DNA of 64,000 nt from an uncultured Chlorobiaceae bacterium (GTDB taxonomy: Bacteria; Bacteroidota; Chlorobiia; Chlorobiales; Chlorobiaceae). Both the position numbers and the translations under genes were made by a program. Positions 1-10,502 of this stretch are shown here, piece by piece. The stretch spans positions 384 through 64,383 of the forward strand of contig CAJEXQ010000011.1 of assembly GCA_903994635.1 (NCBI GenBank), read 5' to 3'. A model generated the notes under the pieces. It did no database searches. It was not told where the DNA came from and worked only from the letters and a program-made list of their open reading frames with translations. Positions within the stretch are counted from its first letter, which is position 1, and each line of letters begins with the position of its first letter.

Positions 1-174
1 TTTCAGGCTGGAATTGCGCCTCTTTTGATAAGTAATTTATTTCTGTTTGGACTTTTACTTTTCTTTATCGGAATTCTTGGTGAATATGTAGGCGCTATAT
101 ATACGCAAGTTCTGGCGAGGCCGCGTGTTTTCGAGGCAGAGCGGATAAATTTTGACAATGAAGAGAGTCATTAG
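1..174 (+). CDS. Partial (C-terminal) GT2 glycosyltransferase, GtrB/ArnC-like polyprenol-phosphate glycosyltransferase
   Basis: Frame 1 from the window start reads FQAGIAPLLISNLFLFGLLLFFIGILGEYVGAIYTQVLARPRVFEAERINFDNEESH*. The hydrophobic helix followed by G-I-L-G-E-Y-x-G-x-I-Y...R-P is the typical GtrB/ArnC C-terminus. The 5' end lies outside the window. Confidence 0.8.
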   Translation, partial: FQAGIAPLLISNLFLFGLLLFFIGILGEYVGAIYTQVLARPRVFEAERINFDNEESH

Positions 175-626
175 TATAACGCAATAATACGTTAAATGTA
201 ACAATAACTGCCTTTTGGATATTTCAGTAAATACGTTGACAAACTACGTACCTTGATGCATTTTGTATTTCTGCATTTAGTAGATATGGTGATAGTACCC
301 GGTTCGGATTGGCTCACCTAAACCCAAGACAACGGTATCGTTCATTGCAATGCGTGATTAGGAAGTCAAGAGTGATTATTAGGTGAATTACTTTGGATAT
401 GTTAAAACCAGATTGTCTAAAATATTATTTGTTATGTACTCTAAGAAGTGACAATATTCGCTTTAAGACTTTGCATAAATATTGCATCCTCTTTGCTATA
501 GTTAACTGCATGTAATACAAAGCATGACGTTTATTATTGTTTTAGATAAATAATTCATAATAAATTTACTATTTATCATTAAATCGGTAGTCGAAAGTTG
601 CTGATGACCTGCGATCGATAAATTTT

Positions 627-1571
627 GTGTATCATATCATGAAATCATATAGTGGTTTGTTATCCTTGGCATTACCGACTTTTGGAAGAGCACAGTTTCT
701 CGATGCTTTTCTCTCGATTCATTTACCAATACTACATAAGTATAATGTCCAATTGATAATATCGGATAATGCATCAAATGATAATACATTAGATGTTGTG
801 CAAAAATATTTGAATCAATATTCAGTGATCAAGTATTATTGCAACAAACAGACGGAGTCTCCAGACAGAAATTTCGAGATTGCGCTGGGATATGCCGACA
901 CAGAATATGTTTGGCTTATAGGCGATACATATCAAGTTGATGAAGAGACCGTCAAGGCAGTTCTTGATACCATATCCAGTGAGGTATATGATCTTGTTGT
1001 TATCAATCAATCAGGTCGAGTCAAAGGAATAGAGCCAAAGATATATATTGACAGGAACCGGCTACTTTCAGAAATAGGATGGCATATGACTTGCATTGGT
1101 ACCTTGATATACAGTAAAGATCTTTTAACAAAAGCCAATTATGGTCGTTATAACGATACAAACTTTCTTCAGATTGGAATCACATTTGAATACCTTGCTG
1201 ATAAGCCGATGAATGTCAGGTGGATGCCCGAGCATTCAGTCATTGGGCTATCAGTATCTGGAGTCAAGAAAACGAGCTGGGAAGATCAAGCATTTGAGAT
1301 TTGGTCGAAACGTTGGCCAAATTTTGTGTTTTCATTGCCCGCATCATATAGCCTTGACAGCAAGATGAAGTGTATTATGGATCATGGTGAAAATGGAAAA
1401 GGAGGGGTCTTTTCTTTTAAAAATCTGATCCGCTGGAGAAGAAAAAATATTCTAACTATAGATGTTTACAAAAGATATCACTATTATTTCCCTCTTACGA
1501 TACAAACGCCAAGGTTTGTTATTTTCCTGATCTCAGTTTTGCCGAGAGTGATATTTGCTAGTTCCGGATAG
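627..1571 (+). CDS. GT2 family glycosyltransferase (RfbV/WbaV-like, O-antigen type)
   Basis: LSLALPTFGR, IISDNASNDNT and YVWLIGD GT-A motifs. AT-rich gene. The start could be the ATG at 639. Confidence 0.8.
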   Translation: MYHIMKSYSGLLSLALPTFGRAQFLDAFLSIHLPILHKYNVQLIISDNASNDNTLDVVQKYLNQYSVIKYYCNKQTESPDRNFEIALGYADTEYVWLIGDTYQVDEETVKAVLDTISSEVYDLVVINQSGRVKGIEPKIYIDRNRLLSEIGWHMTCIGTLIYSKDLLTKANYGRYNDTNFLQIGITFEYLADKPMNVRWMPEHSVIGLSVSGVKKTSWEDQAFEIWSKRWPNFVFSLPASYSLDSKMKCIMDHGENGKGGVFSFKNLIRWRRKNILTIDVYKRYHYYFPLTIQTPRFVIFLISVLPRVIFASSG

Positions 1572-1618
1572 CACTGTTCTTGTTCACATGATGCGCAAAA
1601 TTTGAATATGGTCGGATG

Positions 1619-3559
1619 TCAGCTGGTTTCTTGACCTGCTGGCTTGCCTGCGAACTGGATGTCATACAGCATTTTGTAAATCCCGTTCCGTTCAAGCAAT
1701 TCTTCATGGCTTCCTGATTCAACGACTATTCCCCTTTCCATGACGATGATTTTGGTGGCATTTTTGATGGTCGAAAGTCTGTGGGCGACAACAAGAGACG
1801 TCCTGTTTTCCATAGCATGGTTGATGGCTTGTTGTACTACTTTTTCTGACTCGTTATCGAGTGCGCTGGTCGCTTCGTCGAAAATCAGGATTTCTGGATT
1901 TTTTACCATTGCACGTGCAATTGCGATACGCTGACGTTGTCCGCCTGAAAGCTGTATGCCCCGGTCGCCAATCATTGTTTTGTATTGTTGTGGTTTTTCC
2001 ATGATGAAGCCGTGAGCGTTTGCAAGTCTGGCCGCTTCTTCAATGCGGGTATTGTTGATCTCGTTGTGAACTCCATAGGCAATATTCTGTTCAATCGAAT
2101 CATTGAAGAGGATGACCTCTTGGCTTACCACCCCGACCATTTTCCTGAGTTGTTTGTAATCGAATTCACGGATATCGATACCGTCGATGGTGATTCGGCC
2201 TGAATCGACATCGTAGAATCGCATTAAAAGGTCGACAGCGGTGGATTTACCGGATCCTGACTGGCCTATCAATGCGACCATTTCACCTTTTTTGATCTCG
2301 AATGATACATGATCGAGAATGTTGGGTGTATCGGGCTGCTCTTTGTTGTATTTGAAGCAAACATCTTCAAACCTGATGGCTTTCGAAAAACTGTTGATCG
2401 CAAGGGTACCGTTGATAATGGCAGGTTTAGTGTCGAGTAGTTCGAATAACCGATCAACGGAGATCAGACCCATTTGCACCGAAGTATTAGCTTCGCCGAG
2501 CGATTTGATTGGGCCCATGGTGGAGTAGAGGGTAAATGCAAAGACCAGCAGTTCATTGGCCGTCATGGCGCCTTGAAATACTTGGAGGCCACCGAACCAG
2601 AGTACCATAGCGATTGCCCCTATTAGCAGTGTCTCATTGAGGGGACTGATCAGGTTCCTGAGCTGCGCGACTCTGATGCCAAGTTTCCGAAAGTCTTTGG
2701 TGAACGACTGGAACCTGTTTAACTCTACATCTTCGAAGGCAGTTGCTTTGATAACCTTGATGCCGTTGAATTTTTCCTGAAGTACGGAGTTCATGTCACT
2801 CATACTTGTCTGAATGCTCAGTGCAAGGCCTTTGACGTTTTTGCTGATCATGCGAATAACGAAGAGAATGCTCAGAGAGGTCAGAGCAGAAAAAAGTGTC
2901 AGTTTCCAGTTGAGGGCGAGCAGTACGCCCATGTAGACAATGACAGAAAAGGGGTTCTGCAGGAAGTTGACGAAGGTAGAACTGATGCTGTTGTTGACGT
3001 TCTCCACATCGTTGTTGACGTAATTCATCAGATCTCCGACGCGGTTTTTATTGAAATAGTCGAGATGCATCTCGATAATGCTTCTGAAAACATCGTCCCG
3101 GAGCTTTTTGGCTGTTTTGGTCTGTATTCTAAAGATGATCTGTCCATTGATGTAGATGAACAGGTTTTTTATGGCGAATGTCGCAATAAGGAACAGGCAT
3201 ATCTTCAACAGCGCTAGTTCCCGAGTGGGCGCGCTGAACATCTCCTTGAATTTCTCAAGTGCCCATGCTTTTAGGCGATCTGTGTCTTTGAGGTTTGCGG
3301 GGCTCGAAACTTTCTTTTGTTCAGGAGTTGTTGGTGCATTTTGCTGTGTCACAACCTGCGCGCTCGTTTTTGATGGGGGCTCGGTTCGAGTAGTGGTCTG
3401 AACGGTTGAGCCTGTAGAAAAGACTTCGTTCAACAGGGGAAGGATGGAGTAAATCGAGACGACGCTAAAGAGAGAAGTGATCATGCTTACGAAGACGACC
3501 AGGACGATTTTGCCTTTCGATGGAGCGAGGTATAGGAGAATTCTAAGCAGTAACTTCAT
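1619..3559 (-). CDS. msbA: MsbA-like lipid A/LPS ABC exporter (TMD+NBD)
   Basis: Walker A GQSGSGKST, signature LSGGQRQR, Walker B ILIFDEATSALD and an N-terminal TM domain. Lies in the LPS cluster. Confidence 0.8.
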   Translation of the reverse strand: MKLLLRILLYLAPSKGKIVLVVFVSMITSLFSVVSIYSILPLLNEVFSTGSTVQTTTRTEPPSKTSAQVVTQQNAPTTPEQKKVSSPANLKDTDRLKAWALEKFKEMFSAPTRELALLKICLFLIATFAIKNLFIYINGQIIFRIQTKTAKKLRDDVFRSIIEMHLDYFNKNRVGDLMNYVNNDVENVNNSISSTFVNFLQNPFSVIVYMGVLLALNWKLTLFSALTSLSILFVIRMISKNVKGLALSIQTSMSDMNSVLQEKFNGIKVIKATAFEDVELNRFQSFTKDFRKLGIRVAQLRNLISPLNETLLIGAIAMVLWFGGLQVFQGAMTANELLVFAFTLYSTMGPIKSLGEANTSVQMGLISVDRLFELLDTKPAIINGTLAINSFSKAIRFEDVCFKYNKEQPDTPNILDHVSFEIKKGEMVALIGQSGSGKSTAVDLLMRFYDVDSGRITIDGIDIREFDYKQLRKMVGVVSQEVILFNDSIEQNIAYGVHNEINNTRIEEAARLANAHGFIMEKPQQYKTMIGDRGIQLSGGQRQRIAIARAMVKNPEILIFDEATSALDNESEKVVQQAINHAMENRTSLVVAHRLSTIKNATKIIVMERGIVVESGSHEELLERNGIYKMLYDIQFAGKPAGQETS

Positions 3560-3935
3560 GTACGCTTTTTAATAGTTCATATTTGTCTTGAACGATGAAT
3601 ATAATTCAATAATTCGAAACTTGGGTTTAGTTCAGGAAAGTGTGTTCTAATTTGTGTCCCTATAATGATATTATGTGCGTGGGCATACTGTGGAGTTGAA
3701 GACCGTTCTGTTTTTGTTTGTTCTTCGAGTGATGGACTTTCCTTTTCTCTACTATGTTTTGTACTTTTGTTGAGTTATGGCCTCTTGGTCCGCTTCGTTC
3801 GGACGGCTTGTGCTTCGCAGGTTCCAGCATTGAGTGGATAACCCATGTAGTTTTAATTTTTAACGTGTGAGTTTTTCCGTTGCCAGCAATCTGGCGGCAC
3901 TTCATTTGCGGTAGTATTAAAGGTATCAACATTCA

Positions 3936-4901
3936 TTGGCTTTGGTTGTTATGAGCCACTTTATTGGAAGGCTTGGAGAAAAAAAACGGCAGCGAATCAA
4001 ATCGGGTTTAGATGCCATGATATTTGGAGCAGTAAGTCTGCTTGGTGTGCTTGCTCGGGTGATGAGTCAGCGCTTGGCTCGTCTTGCAGCATGCCTGATT
4101 GGAGATTTTGTGCACTATGTCATGGGCCTGCGGCGCGAACTGGTCTACAGGAATATCGGCATTTCCTTTCCAGAGAAGTCTCCGGCCGAGATCCGTAGCA
4201 TCGCCATGCGTGTTTACAGGAATATGGCCGTCACCCTGATTGAGGTACTGCGCTTTCCGCTTGTCAGAAGCCGTGAAGATGCTGCAAAACTTGTCGATAT
4301 GGATGTCGATGTGGGTGAATTCATGCGCAGAACAGAGAACGGGCAGAAGGGGGCGGTCATAGTTTCCGGCCATTTCGGTAACTGGGAGCTTATGGCCTTG
4401 GCATTTGGCATCTTGGCCAAGCCGGTAACCATCATCGTCAAGCGTCTGAGCAACGACCTTGTTGATCGCAGGATGAACGAGTTGCGTACACTGAGGGGAA
4501 ACAGCGTCATTTATGATAATCTGGCATTAAGGAGGGGGCTGAGGCTGCTTGCAGACGGAGGCGTTCTGGCTATTCTTGCTGATCAATCGGACCCAAGTGC
4601 CACTTATTTCGGGGAGTTTCTCGGCAGGAGGGTTACGATTTTCAGCGGTGCGGCCTTTTTTGCACTCAAGGCACAGGTGCCGCTGTTTGTTTGTATGTGC
4701 AGGTTTGCAGGCGACGGAAAATACAAGACCGAAATGCAGGAAATCAATACTTCGGCTCTGACCTTTTGCAAGGAGGATATTGCTATTCTCGCCTCACGCT
4801 ATACCAGTGTGCTTGAGGAGTACATCAAACGTTGGCCTGAAGAGTGGTTCTGGCTGCACAATCGCTGGAAAAATGGTGGAGACGGGCAAACGGGAGGATA
4901 A
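3936..4901 (+). CDS. Lipid A biosynthesis lauroyl/myristoyl acyltransferase (LpxL/HtrB family)
   Basis: SGHFGNWEL (HxxxxE), ILADQ and WPEEWFWLHNRWK motifs. Start codon uncertain. Confidence 0.9.
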   Translation: MALVVMSHFIGRLGEKKRQRIKSGLDAMIFGAVSLLGVLARVMSQRLARLAACLIGDFVHYVMGLRRELVYRNIGISFPEKSPAEIRSIAMRVYRNMAVTLIEVLRFPLVRSREDAAKLVDMDVDVGEFMRRTENGQKGAVIVSGHFGNWELMALAFGILAKPVTIIVKRLSNDLVDRRMNELRTLRGNSVIYDNLALRRGLRLLADGGVLAILADQSDPSATYFGEFLGRRVTIFSGAAFFALKAQVPLFVCMCRFAGDGKYKTEMQEINTSALTFCKEDIAILASRYTSVLEEYIKRWPEEWFWLHNRWKNGGDGQTGG

Positions 4902-4946
4902 GTCGTCAAGAGTCTATTATTATTTATTAGCACGCCAAATAACTAT

Positions 4947-5759
4947 ATGCGCTACGTTGTCGTCATTCCGGTTTTTAACCAACTTCAGTACACGGCGCAG
5001 TGTGTGGAAAGCCTGCTGGCTCAGCAGGTCAAGCCCGAAGATATTCTGATTATCGACAACGCCAGCAGCGATGATACACCGCATTGGCTGGAGCAGCATC
5101 CTGAGCTGCAACGGCACCGCAATCGGACAAATCTTGGTTGTGGTTGCGCTTGGACACAGGGAGCGGTGCTTAGCCCTGATGCTGAATGGATTGTCTTGCT
5201 CAACAACGATGTGCTTTGTGGTCCTGATGCCATTGGAGCGCTGCTGGATGCCGCTGAGCGAGAAAAGTTTGGTGTGGTAAGTCCGGCGTTGCTGGAAGGG
5301 GAGAATGATTATGATTTTCGTACGTTTTCGGTGGATTACAAGGGCAAAATGTCTGGTATGATTCGCAAGAACCGGTTGCATGGGGTCTGTTTTGCCGTGC
5401 ATCGGAGTGTGCTCGAAAAAATTGGTTTTCCGGATACCGACCGGCGTCTTGGTGGCTACGAAGATGCCGAATTTCAGTTTAGGTGCAGGCACGCAGATAT
5501 CCCTGTAGGAATGGTCGGTGATTCGGTGTTTCACCATTTCGGTTCGATTACCCAGAAAGCCATTAAAAAACAGAGTGGCAAGAAATCTCTTGGAGACAAA
5601 AAATATTTTCGCATCAGGGTTGGTTCAAGATGGTGGACAAGAAAGAGAGACAACTTTCTGTTGTGGTTTGAGTTCAGGAAGTGGATTGCTGAAGAGCGAT
5701 CGACATCGGGCTTGACGCTGCACATGCTTCGCAGTAATGGTTCATGGGAGATGCATTGA
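4947..5759 (+). CDS. GT2 family glycosyltransferase
   Basis: VVIPVFN, IIDNASSDDT, LLNND and GYEDAE motifs. Confidence 0.9.
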   Translation: MRYVVVIPVFNQLQYTAQCVESLLAQQVKPEDILIIDNASSDDTPHWLEQHPELQRHRNRTNLGCGCAWTQGAVLSPDAEWIVLLNNDVLCGPDAIGALLDAAEREKFGVVSPALLEGENDYDFRTFSVDYKGKMSGMIRKNRLHGVCFAVHRSVLEKIGFPDTDRRLGGYEDAEFQFRCRHADIPVGMVGDSVFHHFGSITQKAIKKQSGKKSLGDKKYFRIRVGSRWWTRKRDNFLLWFEFRKWIAEERSTSGLTLHMLRSNGSWEMH

Positions 5760-5784
5760 TCTGTTCCTTTTTTTTGAAACGACA

Positions 5785-6801
5785 ATGAATGTCAAACTGA
5801 TGGAGCATGGATTGAGCGACAGCAGGATTCTGGCGACCTTTTTTCTGATCACATATAATCAGGAGCGGTATGTGCGTGAGGCAATTGAGGGAGCATTTAG
5901 CCAAACGTACTCGCCTCTGGAAATTGTCATATCCGACGACTGCTCGACGGATGGAACGTTCCGCATTATTGAGGATATGTGCGCAAAATACGACGGACCG
6001 CACAGAATTGTTATCAACCGAAACAGGGAGAATCTTGGACTTATCGGGCACATCAACAGGATAACCTCACTTTCTTCTGGTGAACTCATTATCTATGCAG
6101 CAGGTGACGATATTTCGCTTCCTGAAAGGACAGAAAAGTTGGTCGAGCGTTATTTGTCTTCCGGTGGTAACGCATCGTTGATTCACTCGTCAGTTTATCT
6201 GATTGATAATGATGGAAACAGGGTAGGGAAGAGGTTACCACCCGTGATTTCCGGTGTTCTTGATATTCGTGGCATGGCAGTCAGTGGCGCGCTGATTATT
6301 GGCGCTACCAGCGCGTTTACCAGGAATATTGAAGAAATATTTGGCTTGATAACCTACAGTAAGTGCATTGAAGATCTGGTGACGGGGTTTCGAAGTGCCC
6401 TGATCGGAGGCCTCGAATTTATGGATGAGCCGCTTGTTCTGTATAGATCTGAATCTGGCATAACAGCGAGATCCGGTCGCAAAAACCAGTCATTTGATGA
6501 ATTTCTTGGCAGAAAAATTGGTGATCAGGACGGATATTTGGCGGTGCTCTCTCAGCGATTGGCAGATCTGAAGAGAATCGGTAACAGCGATTTGCAATTA
6601 CCGATAAAAAGCAAACGCACCGAAGTTTTATTGATGCGAAAAGTATGGACAAAAAAATATCGGTTTTTTAAGCTGATGTCCTATTCTGCCAGGAGAGGTC
6701 TGTTATCGGTGTTTTTAAAGGTCTGGTTTCGTGAGAAAAAATGGCGAATCTTCTTTCCTGTCAAGAAATTGATGCATAAGCTATCAACAGAGCGACCATG
6801 A
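5785..6801 (+). CDS. GT2 family glycosyltransferase
   Basis: LITYNQERY, ISDDCSTDGT, AAGDDIS and IED motifs. Start placed at ATG 5785 (the ORF track begins at 5737). Confidence 0.9.
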   Translation: MNVKLMEHGLSDSRILATFFLITYNQERYVREAIEGAFSQTYSPLEIVISDDCSTDGTFRIIEDMCAKYDGPHRIVINRNRENLGLIGHINRITSLSSGELIIYAAGDDISLPERTEKLVERYLSSGGNASLIHSSVYLIDNDGNRVGKRLPPVISGVLDIRGMAVSGALIIGATSAFTRNIEEIFGLITYSKCIEDLVTGFRSALIGGLEFMDEPLVLYRSESGITARSGRKNQSFDEFLGRKIGDQDGYLAVLSQRLADLKRIGNSDLQLPIKSKRTEVLLMRKVWTKKYRFFKLMSYSARRGLLSVFLKVWFREKKWRIFFPVKKLMHKLSTERP

Positions 6802-6914
6802 AAATTTGTTTGGGTTGTGATACTTGAAAATTTCGATTTTAATCCAAATGAGTATGCTGCAAGAATAAAAAAGTTTATGACAATTCTGTAAGTGTCTGTA
6901 AAAAGATATGAAAG

Positions 6915-8003
6915 ATGAACAAACCCACTCCTCAACGCATACTTATCATTGTGCAACGTTCCAATGGTGATGTCTTCCTTACTTCACCACTGATCGAGGG
7001 ACTTTTTCGTGCTTATGGCTCCCCGCATATCGATCTTCTGGTCAACAGCGATACCCTGCCGATTGCCCGAACGCTGCCACATATTGTTGAGATTCATCAG
7101 TTTACCTACAATGGTGACGGGCGAGGGAGGGGAACCCAGACTACAGACATGCTCAAAAAAATTGCCCGGCGTTATGATCTGAGTATCAACCTTACGGCGA
7201 GCGACCGATCAGTGCTATTTGCGCTGGCCGCTGGCCGCAAGGCTATCAGTGCGGTTGAGCACGACAGGAAAAAATCGTGGTGGAAGCGTTTGCTGCTTTC
7301 GGCGTATTACGATTTCGATTCCAGCAAGCACATTATTGAGAACAATACTACATCTCTCGATTTGTTGGGCATTGGCTCAGGCAAACCGACGGTTGGTTCG
7401 TATTATTCTGAGGCTGCAGCCAAAAGCGCAGGCGGGATGCTGGTTGATCGAGGTATCCGTGAATTTATCATCGTTCATCCCGGTGCGCAGTACGGCTACA
7501 AGATCTATCCAGAAAAAATCCGCAATGAGCTGCTCGAGCGGCTTGACAGCCTTGGTGTACCACTGGTTGTTACAGGTTCGAAAAGCGCGCTCGATCTGGA
7601 GATTAAACGGGGGCTTCCAAAGTTTGCCAATGTCCATGATTTTATCGGGTTGACCAGCATGGAGGAACTGATTGCGCTCAGTGACCGCTCGATTGCCTAT
7701 ATTGGAGCAGATACGCTGACCGTGCACATTGCCGCTTCGCAGAATCGGCGCATTTTCGCTCTTTATGGGCCGACCATACTCAGTATGTGGTCGCCGTGGT
7801 GCAACGAGTTGCGCACGGGTGCCCGCACGAACAGACCAGTGCAGACTTATGGGAATGTCACTATCTTTCAGGCAGATATGCCGTGTGTGGCCTGCGGCAA
7901 GGCGGGTTGCGACGACCATCATGGTGTCAGCGAGTGCCTTTTCCATATCGATCCTGATGTCATCTTTAACGAAATCAAAGAGTGGCTAACAACATCTCGG
8001 TAA
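6915..8003 (+). CDS. GT9 LPS heptosyltransferase (WaaQ/RfaQ-like)
   Basis: NGDVFLTSPLI, IVHPGA, FIGLTSMEEL, GADTLTVHIAA, LYGPT and a C-terminal PCVACGKAGC...C cluster. Confidence 0.85.
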   Translation: MNKPTPQRILIIVQRSNGDVFLTSPLIEGLFRAYGSPHIDLLVNSDTLPIARTLPHIVEIHQFTYNGDGRGRGTQTTDMLKKIARRYDLSINLTASDRSVLFALAAGRKAISAVEHDRKKSWWKRLLLSAYYDFDSSKHIIENNTTSLDLLGIGSGKPTVGSYYSEAAAKSAGGMLVDRGIREFIIVHPGAQYGYKIYPEKIRNELLERLDSLGVPLVVTGSKSALDLEIKRGLPKFANVHDFIGLTSMEELIALSDRSIAYIGADTLTVHIAASQNRRIFALYGPTILSMWSPWCNELRTGARTNRPVQTYGNVTIFQADMPCVACGKAGCDDHHGVSECLFHIDPDVIFNEIKEWLTTSR

Positions 8004-8740
8004 CCATCCTTACCAATAATTCAGGAGTTTATCTTTTTGAGTGTTTGAGCGCTCTTCAAGCGTTTGCTGAGGTGGTGATTGTCGATAATGGTTCGACTGA
8101 CGACACTATAGCCATTGCCTCTGGTTTCAAGAACGTTACGCTGCACGAGCATCCGTTTATCGGGTTTGGCCCGATGAAGAACATTGCTGTTGATAACGCC
8201 TCGAACGACTGGATTTTGTCGGTCGACAGCGACGAAATTGTAACACCAGAGCTGGCGCGTGAAATTCTGAGCCTCAAGCTTGATTGCAACGTGGTCTACA
8301 TGATGGAGCGCGACAACTATTATCACCGGCGGCTGATTCGTGGCTGTGGATGGGATAATGATCGGGTTGAACGGCTCTTTAACCGAAAGAGCACCCGATA
8401 CGATGACAAACTGGTTCATGAAGGGCTCACCATGAATGGCAACCTGAAAACAGAACTATTGTCGGGCAGGCTGAACCATTATCCTTACGACAATGCGTCG
8501 CAGCTTCTAAAGAAAATGCAGCATTATTCCACGCTCTGGGCTGAGGAGTATCATGGTCGAAAAAAAGTTTCACCCCTCAAGGCTATGCTGTACGGAATAC
8601 TTACCTTTTTAAAATCTTACCTGCTTAAAAATGGTTGGCGATTCGGTTATGAGGGGTTGCTGATATCGGTGTCAAATGCGAACGGCGTTTTTTATAAATA
8701 CATCAAGCTTTATGAAGTCGACAGAGAGCATCGCCTGTAG
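7982..8740 (+). CDS. GT2 LPS core glycosyltransferase (KdtX/WaaE/LgtF-like)
   Basis: VDNGSTDDT, GFGPMKN, WILSVDSDE, LVHE and G..GLLIS motifs. Confidence 0.9.
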   Translation: MANNISVTILTNNSGVYLFECLSALQAFAEVVIVDNGSTDDTIAIASGFKNVTLHEHPFIGFGPMKNIAVDNASNDWILSVDSDEIVTPELAREILSLKLDCNVVYMMERDNYYHRRLIRGCGWDNDRVERLFNRKSTRYDDKLVHEGLTMNGNLKTELLSGRLNHYPYDNASQLLKKMQHYSTLWAEEYHGRKKVSPLKAMLYGILTFLKSYLLKNGWRFGYEGLLISVSNANGVFYKYIKLYEVDREHRL

Positions 8741-9524
8741 CCTCGTTATCACGACCTACAATTCGCCTGAAGCGCTTGATCTTGTTCTTCGAAGCGCACT
8801 TGCGCAGTCCGAGACGCCCTGCGAAATCATGGTTGCTGACGATGGCAGTACAAGTGATACTGCAATGCTTGTTGAAATTTACCGTGCGGCAGCGACGATA
8901 CCGGTGGTTCACGTGTGGCAGGAGGATCTTGGTTTTCGAGCAGCGGCCTCACGGAACAGGGCGATTGCGGCGGCAAAGGGCAATTATATTGTGCTGATCG
9001 ATGGAGATATGCTTTTGCATCGTGACTTCATCAAAGATCATAAACTGATGGCGCTTAAAGGCAGTTTTATTCAGGGTTCAAGAGTGCTATTGTCGCAGGA
9101 GTACACCGCAAGCCGGATTGCGACAAATAATATTTCGGTTTCGCTGTTTGAAAAAGGGTTTGAAAATCGTAAAAATGCTTTGCGATTTCCAATCCTGTCG
9201 CGGTTGTTGGCGTTCAAAAGCAGGTCACTTGCGGGAATAAAAAGTTGCAACATGTCGTTTTTCAGGAATGACTGTATCCGTGTCAACGGCTTCAATGAGG
9301 ATTTTGTCGGGTGGGGTCGGGAAGATAGTGAATTTGCTGTTCGGCTTGTGAATAGTGGTATTCTTCGGCGCAATGTCAGGTTCAGCGCTCTTGCCTGTCA
9401 TCTCGGCCATCGTGAGAATCCGAGGCAGTCGCTTGCCGACAATGACCGGATACTCGAGCAAGCTATTGCTGGCAAGCTGACAACATGCCAAAATGGCATC
9501 GACAAATATCTTTTAAACAAATAA
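8712..9524 (+). CDS. GT2 family glycosyltransferase
   Basis: LVITTYN, ADDGS, WQEDLGFR, IDGD and NGFNEDFVGWGREDSE motifs. Start placed at ATG 8712. Confidence 0.9.
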   Translation: MKSTESIACSLVITTYNSPEALDLVLRSALAQSETPCEIMVADDGSTSDTAMLVEIYRAAATIPVVHVWQEDLGFRAAASRNRAIAAAKGNYIVLIDGDMLLHRDFIKDHKLMALKGSFIQGSRVLLSQEYTASRIATNNISVSLFEKGFENRKNALRFPILSRLLAFKSRSLAGIKSCNMSFFRNDCIRVNGFNEDFVGWGREDSEFAVRLVNSGILRRNVRFSALACHLGHRENPRQSLADNDRILEQAIAGKLTTCQNGIDKYLLNK

Positions 9525-9526
9525 TT

Positions 9527-10393
9527 ATGAAGATCAGCGCCTTTACCTTTATAAAAAATGGAATGATACTTGGTTTTCCATTCCGGGAATCGATTTGTTC
9601 AGTGCTGCCGATTGTTGATGAATTCGTTGTCAACGTTGGCAACAGTGATGATGATACCCTCGAAAAAATCAGGGAGATTGGCGATCCGAAGATACGGATT
9701 ATCCATTCGCACTGGAACGACAAGATGCGGGTTGGTGGCTATGTGTATGGTCAGCAGAAAATGATTGCACAATTCAACTGTACCGGCGATTGGGCGTTCT
9801 ATCTGGAAGGAGACGAAATTGTGCATGAGGATGATTTGCAACATATTGTCGATGCCTGCCGGAAACATCTTCCGGATGAGCGCGTTGAAGCGCTGACGTT
9901 CGATTACTATCATTTCTATGGCAATGCAAACAGTTATCTTGATTCCCCTGCCTGGTATCGCAGGGAGGCGAGGATTATCCGAAATTCGATACGCTCTTAT
10001 GCGCCAGATGGGTTGTATTGGCATGTGCTCACCAGCAAAAGCAAGATTGCCCGTTATCCGAATGCCGCCCATACTGGCGCATCAATCTTCCACTATGGGT
10101 GGGTTCGAAGCGAGGGGGAGATGAACCGAAAATCGGAGTATGTTCAGAAGTATTGGAACAAGAACCATAAGCGGATTGACTACGGAGAGATCGACCAGCA
10201 GATTATTTGTCTGTTTACCGGTTCTCATCCCGCAATTATACGCGAATGGCTTCCGGCAGAAGCGGGAGTTTTTCAGGCAAATTCCAATCATCTGCTCACT
10301 CGTCGGGAGAAAAAGCATCGGCTCATGTTACGCCTCGAACGCTGGTTTGGGCTGGAACTGAGTAAAAAACATTTCATCGCGATACAGCCGTGA
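9527..10393 (+). CDS. GT2-like glycosyltransferase
   Basis: MKISAFTFIKNG..LGFPF.ESI, SDDDT, YLEGDE and HYGWVR motifs. ATG 9527 directly follows the previous stop. Confidence 0.85.
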   Translation: MKISAFTFIKNGMILGFPFRESICSVLPIVDEFVVNVGNSDDDTLEKIREIGDPKIRIIHSHWNDKMRVGGYVYGQQKMIAQFNCTGDWAFYLEGDEIVHEDDLQHIVDACRKHLPDERVEALTFDYYHFYGNANSYLDSPAWYRREARIIRNSIRSYAPDGLYWHVLTSKSKIARYPNAAHTGASIFHYGWVRSEGEMNRKSEYVQKYWNKNHKRIDYGEIDQQIICLFTGSHPAIIREWLPAEAGVFQANSNHLLTRREKKHRLMLRLERWFGLELSKKHFIAIQP

Positions 10394-10502
10394 TTACAGG
10401 AAAAACAGTGAGCACCGACTTCACTGAAAACCACGTTATACGGTATATTCGTACACACACTTTTGCCGGAGCGGGCACCGGCCAACCATACCACCTGTGT
10501 TT

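Noticed and set aside
292-330. TAGTACCCGGTTCGGATTGG as a possible IS end
   Set aside because: No partner inverted repeat or transposase fragment is visible, so it cannot be supported without a database search.
3660-3932. 90-aa minus-strand ORF between msbA and the acyltransferase
   Set aside because: No motif or convincing RBS. It occupies what is probably the divergent promoter region.
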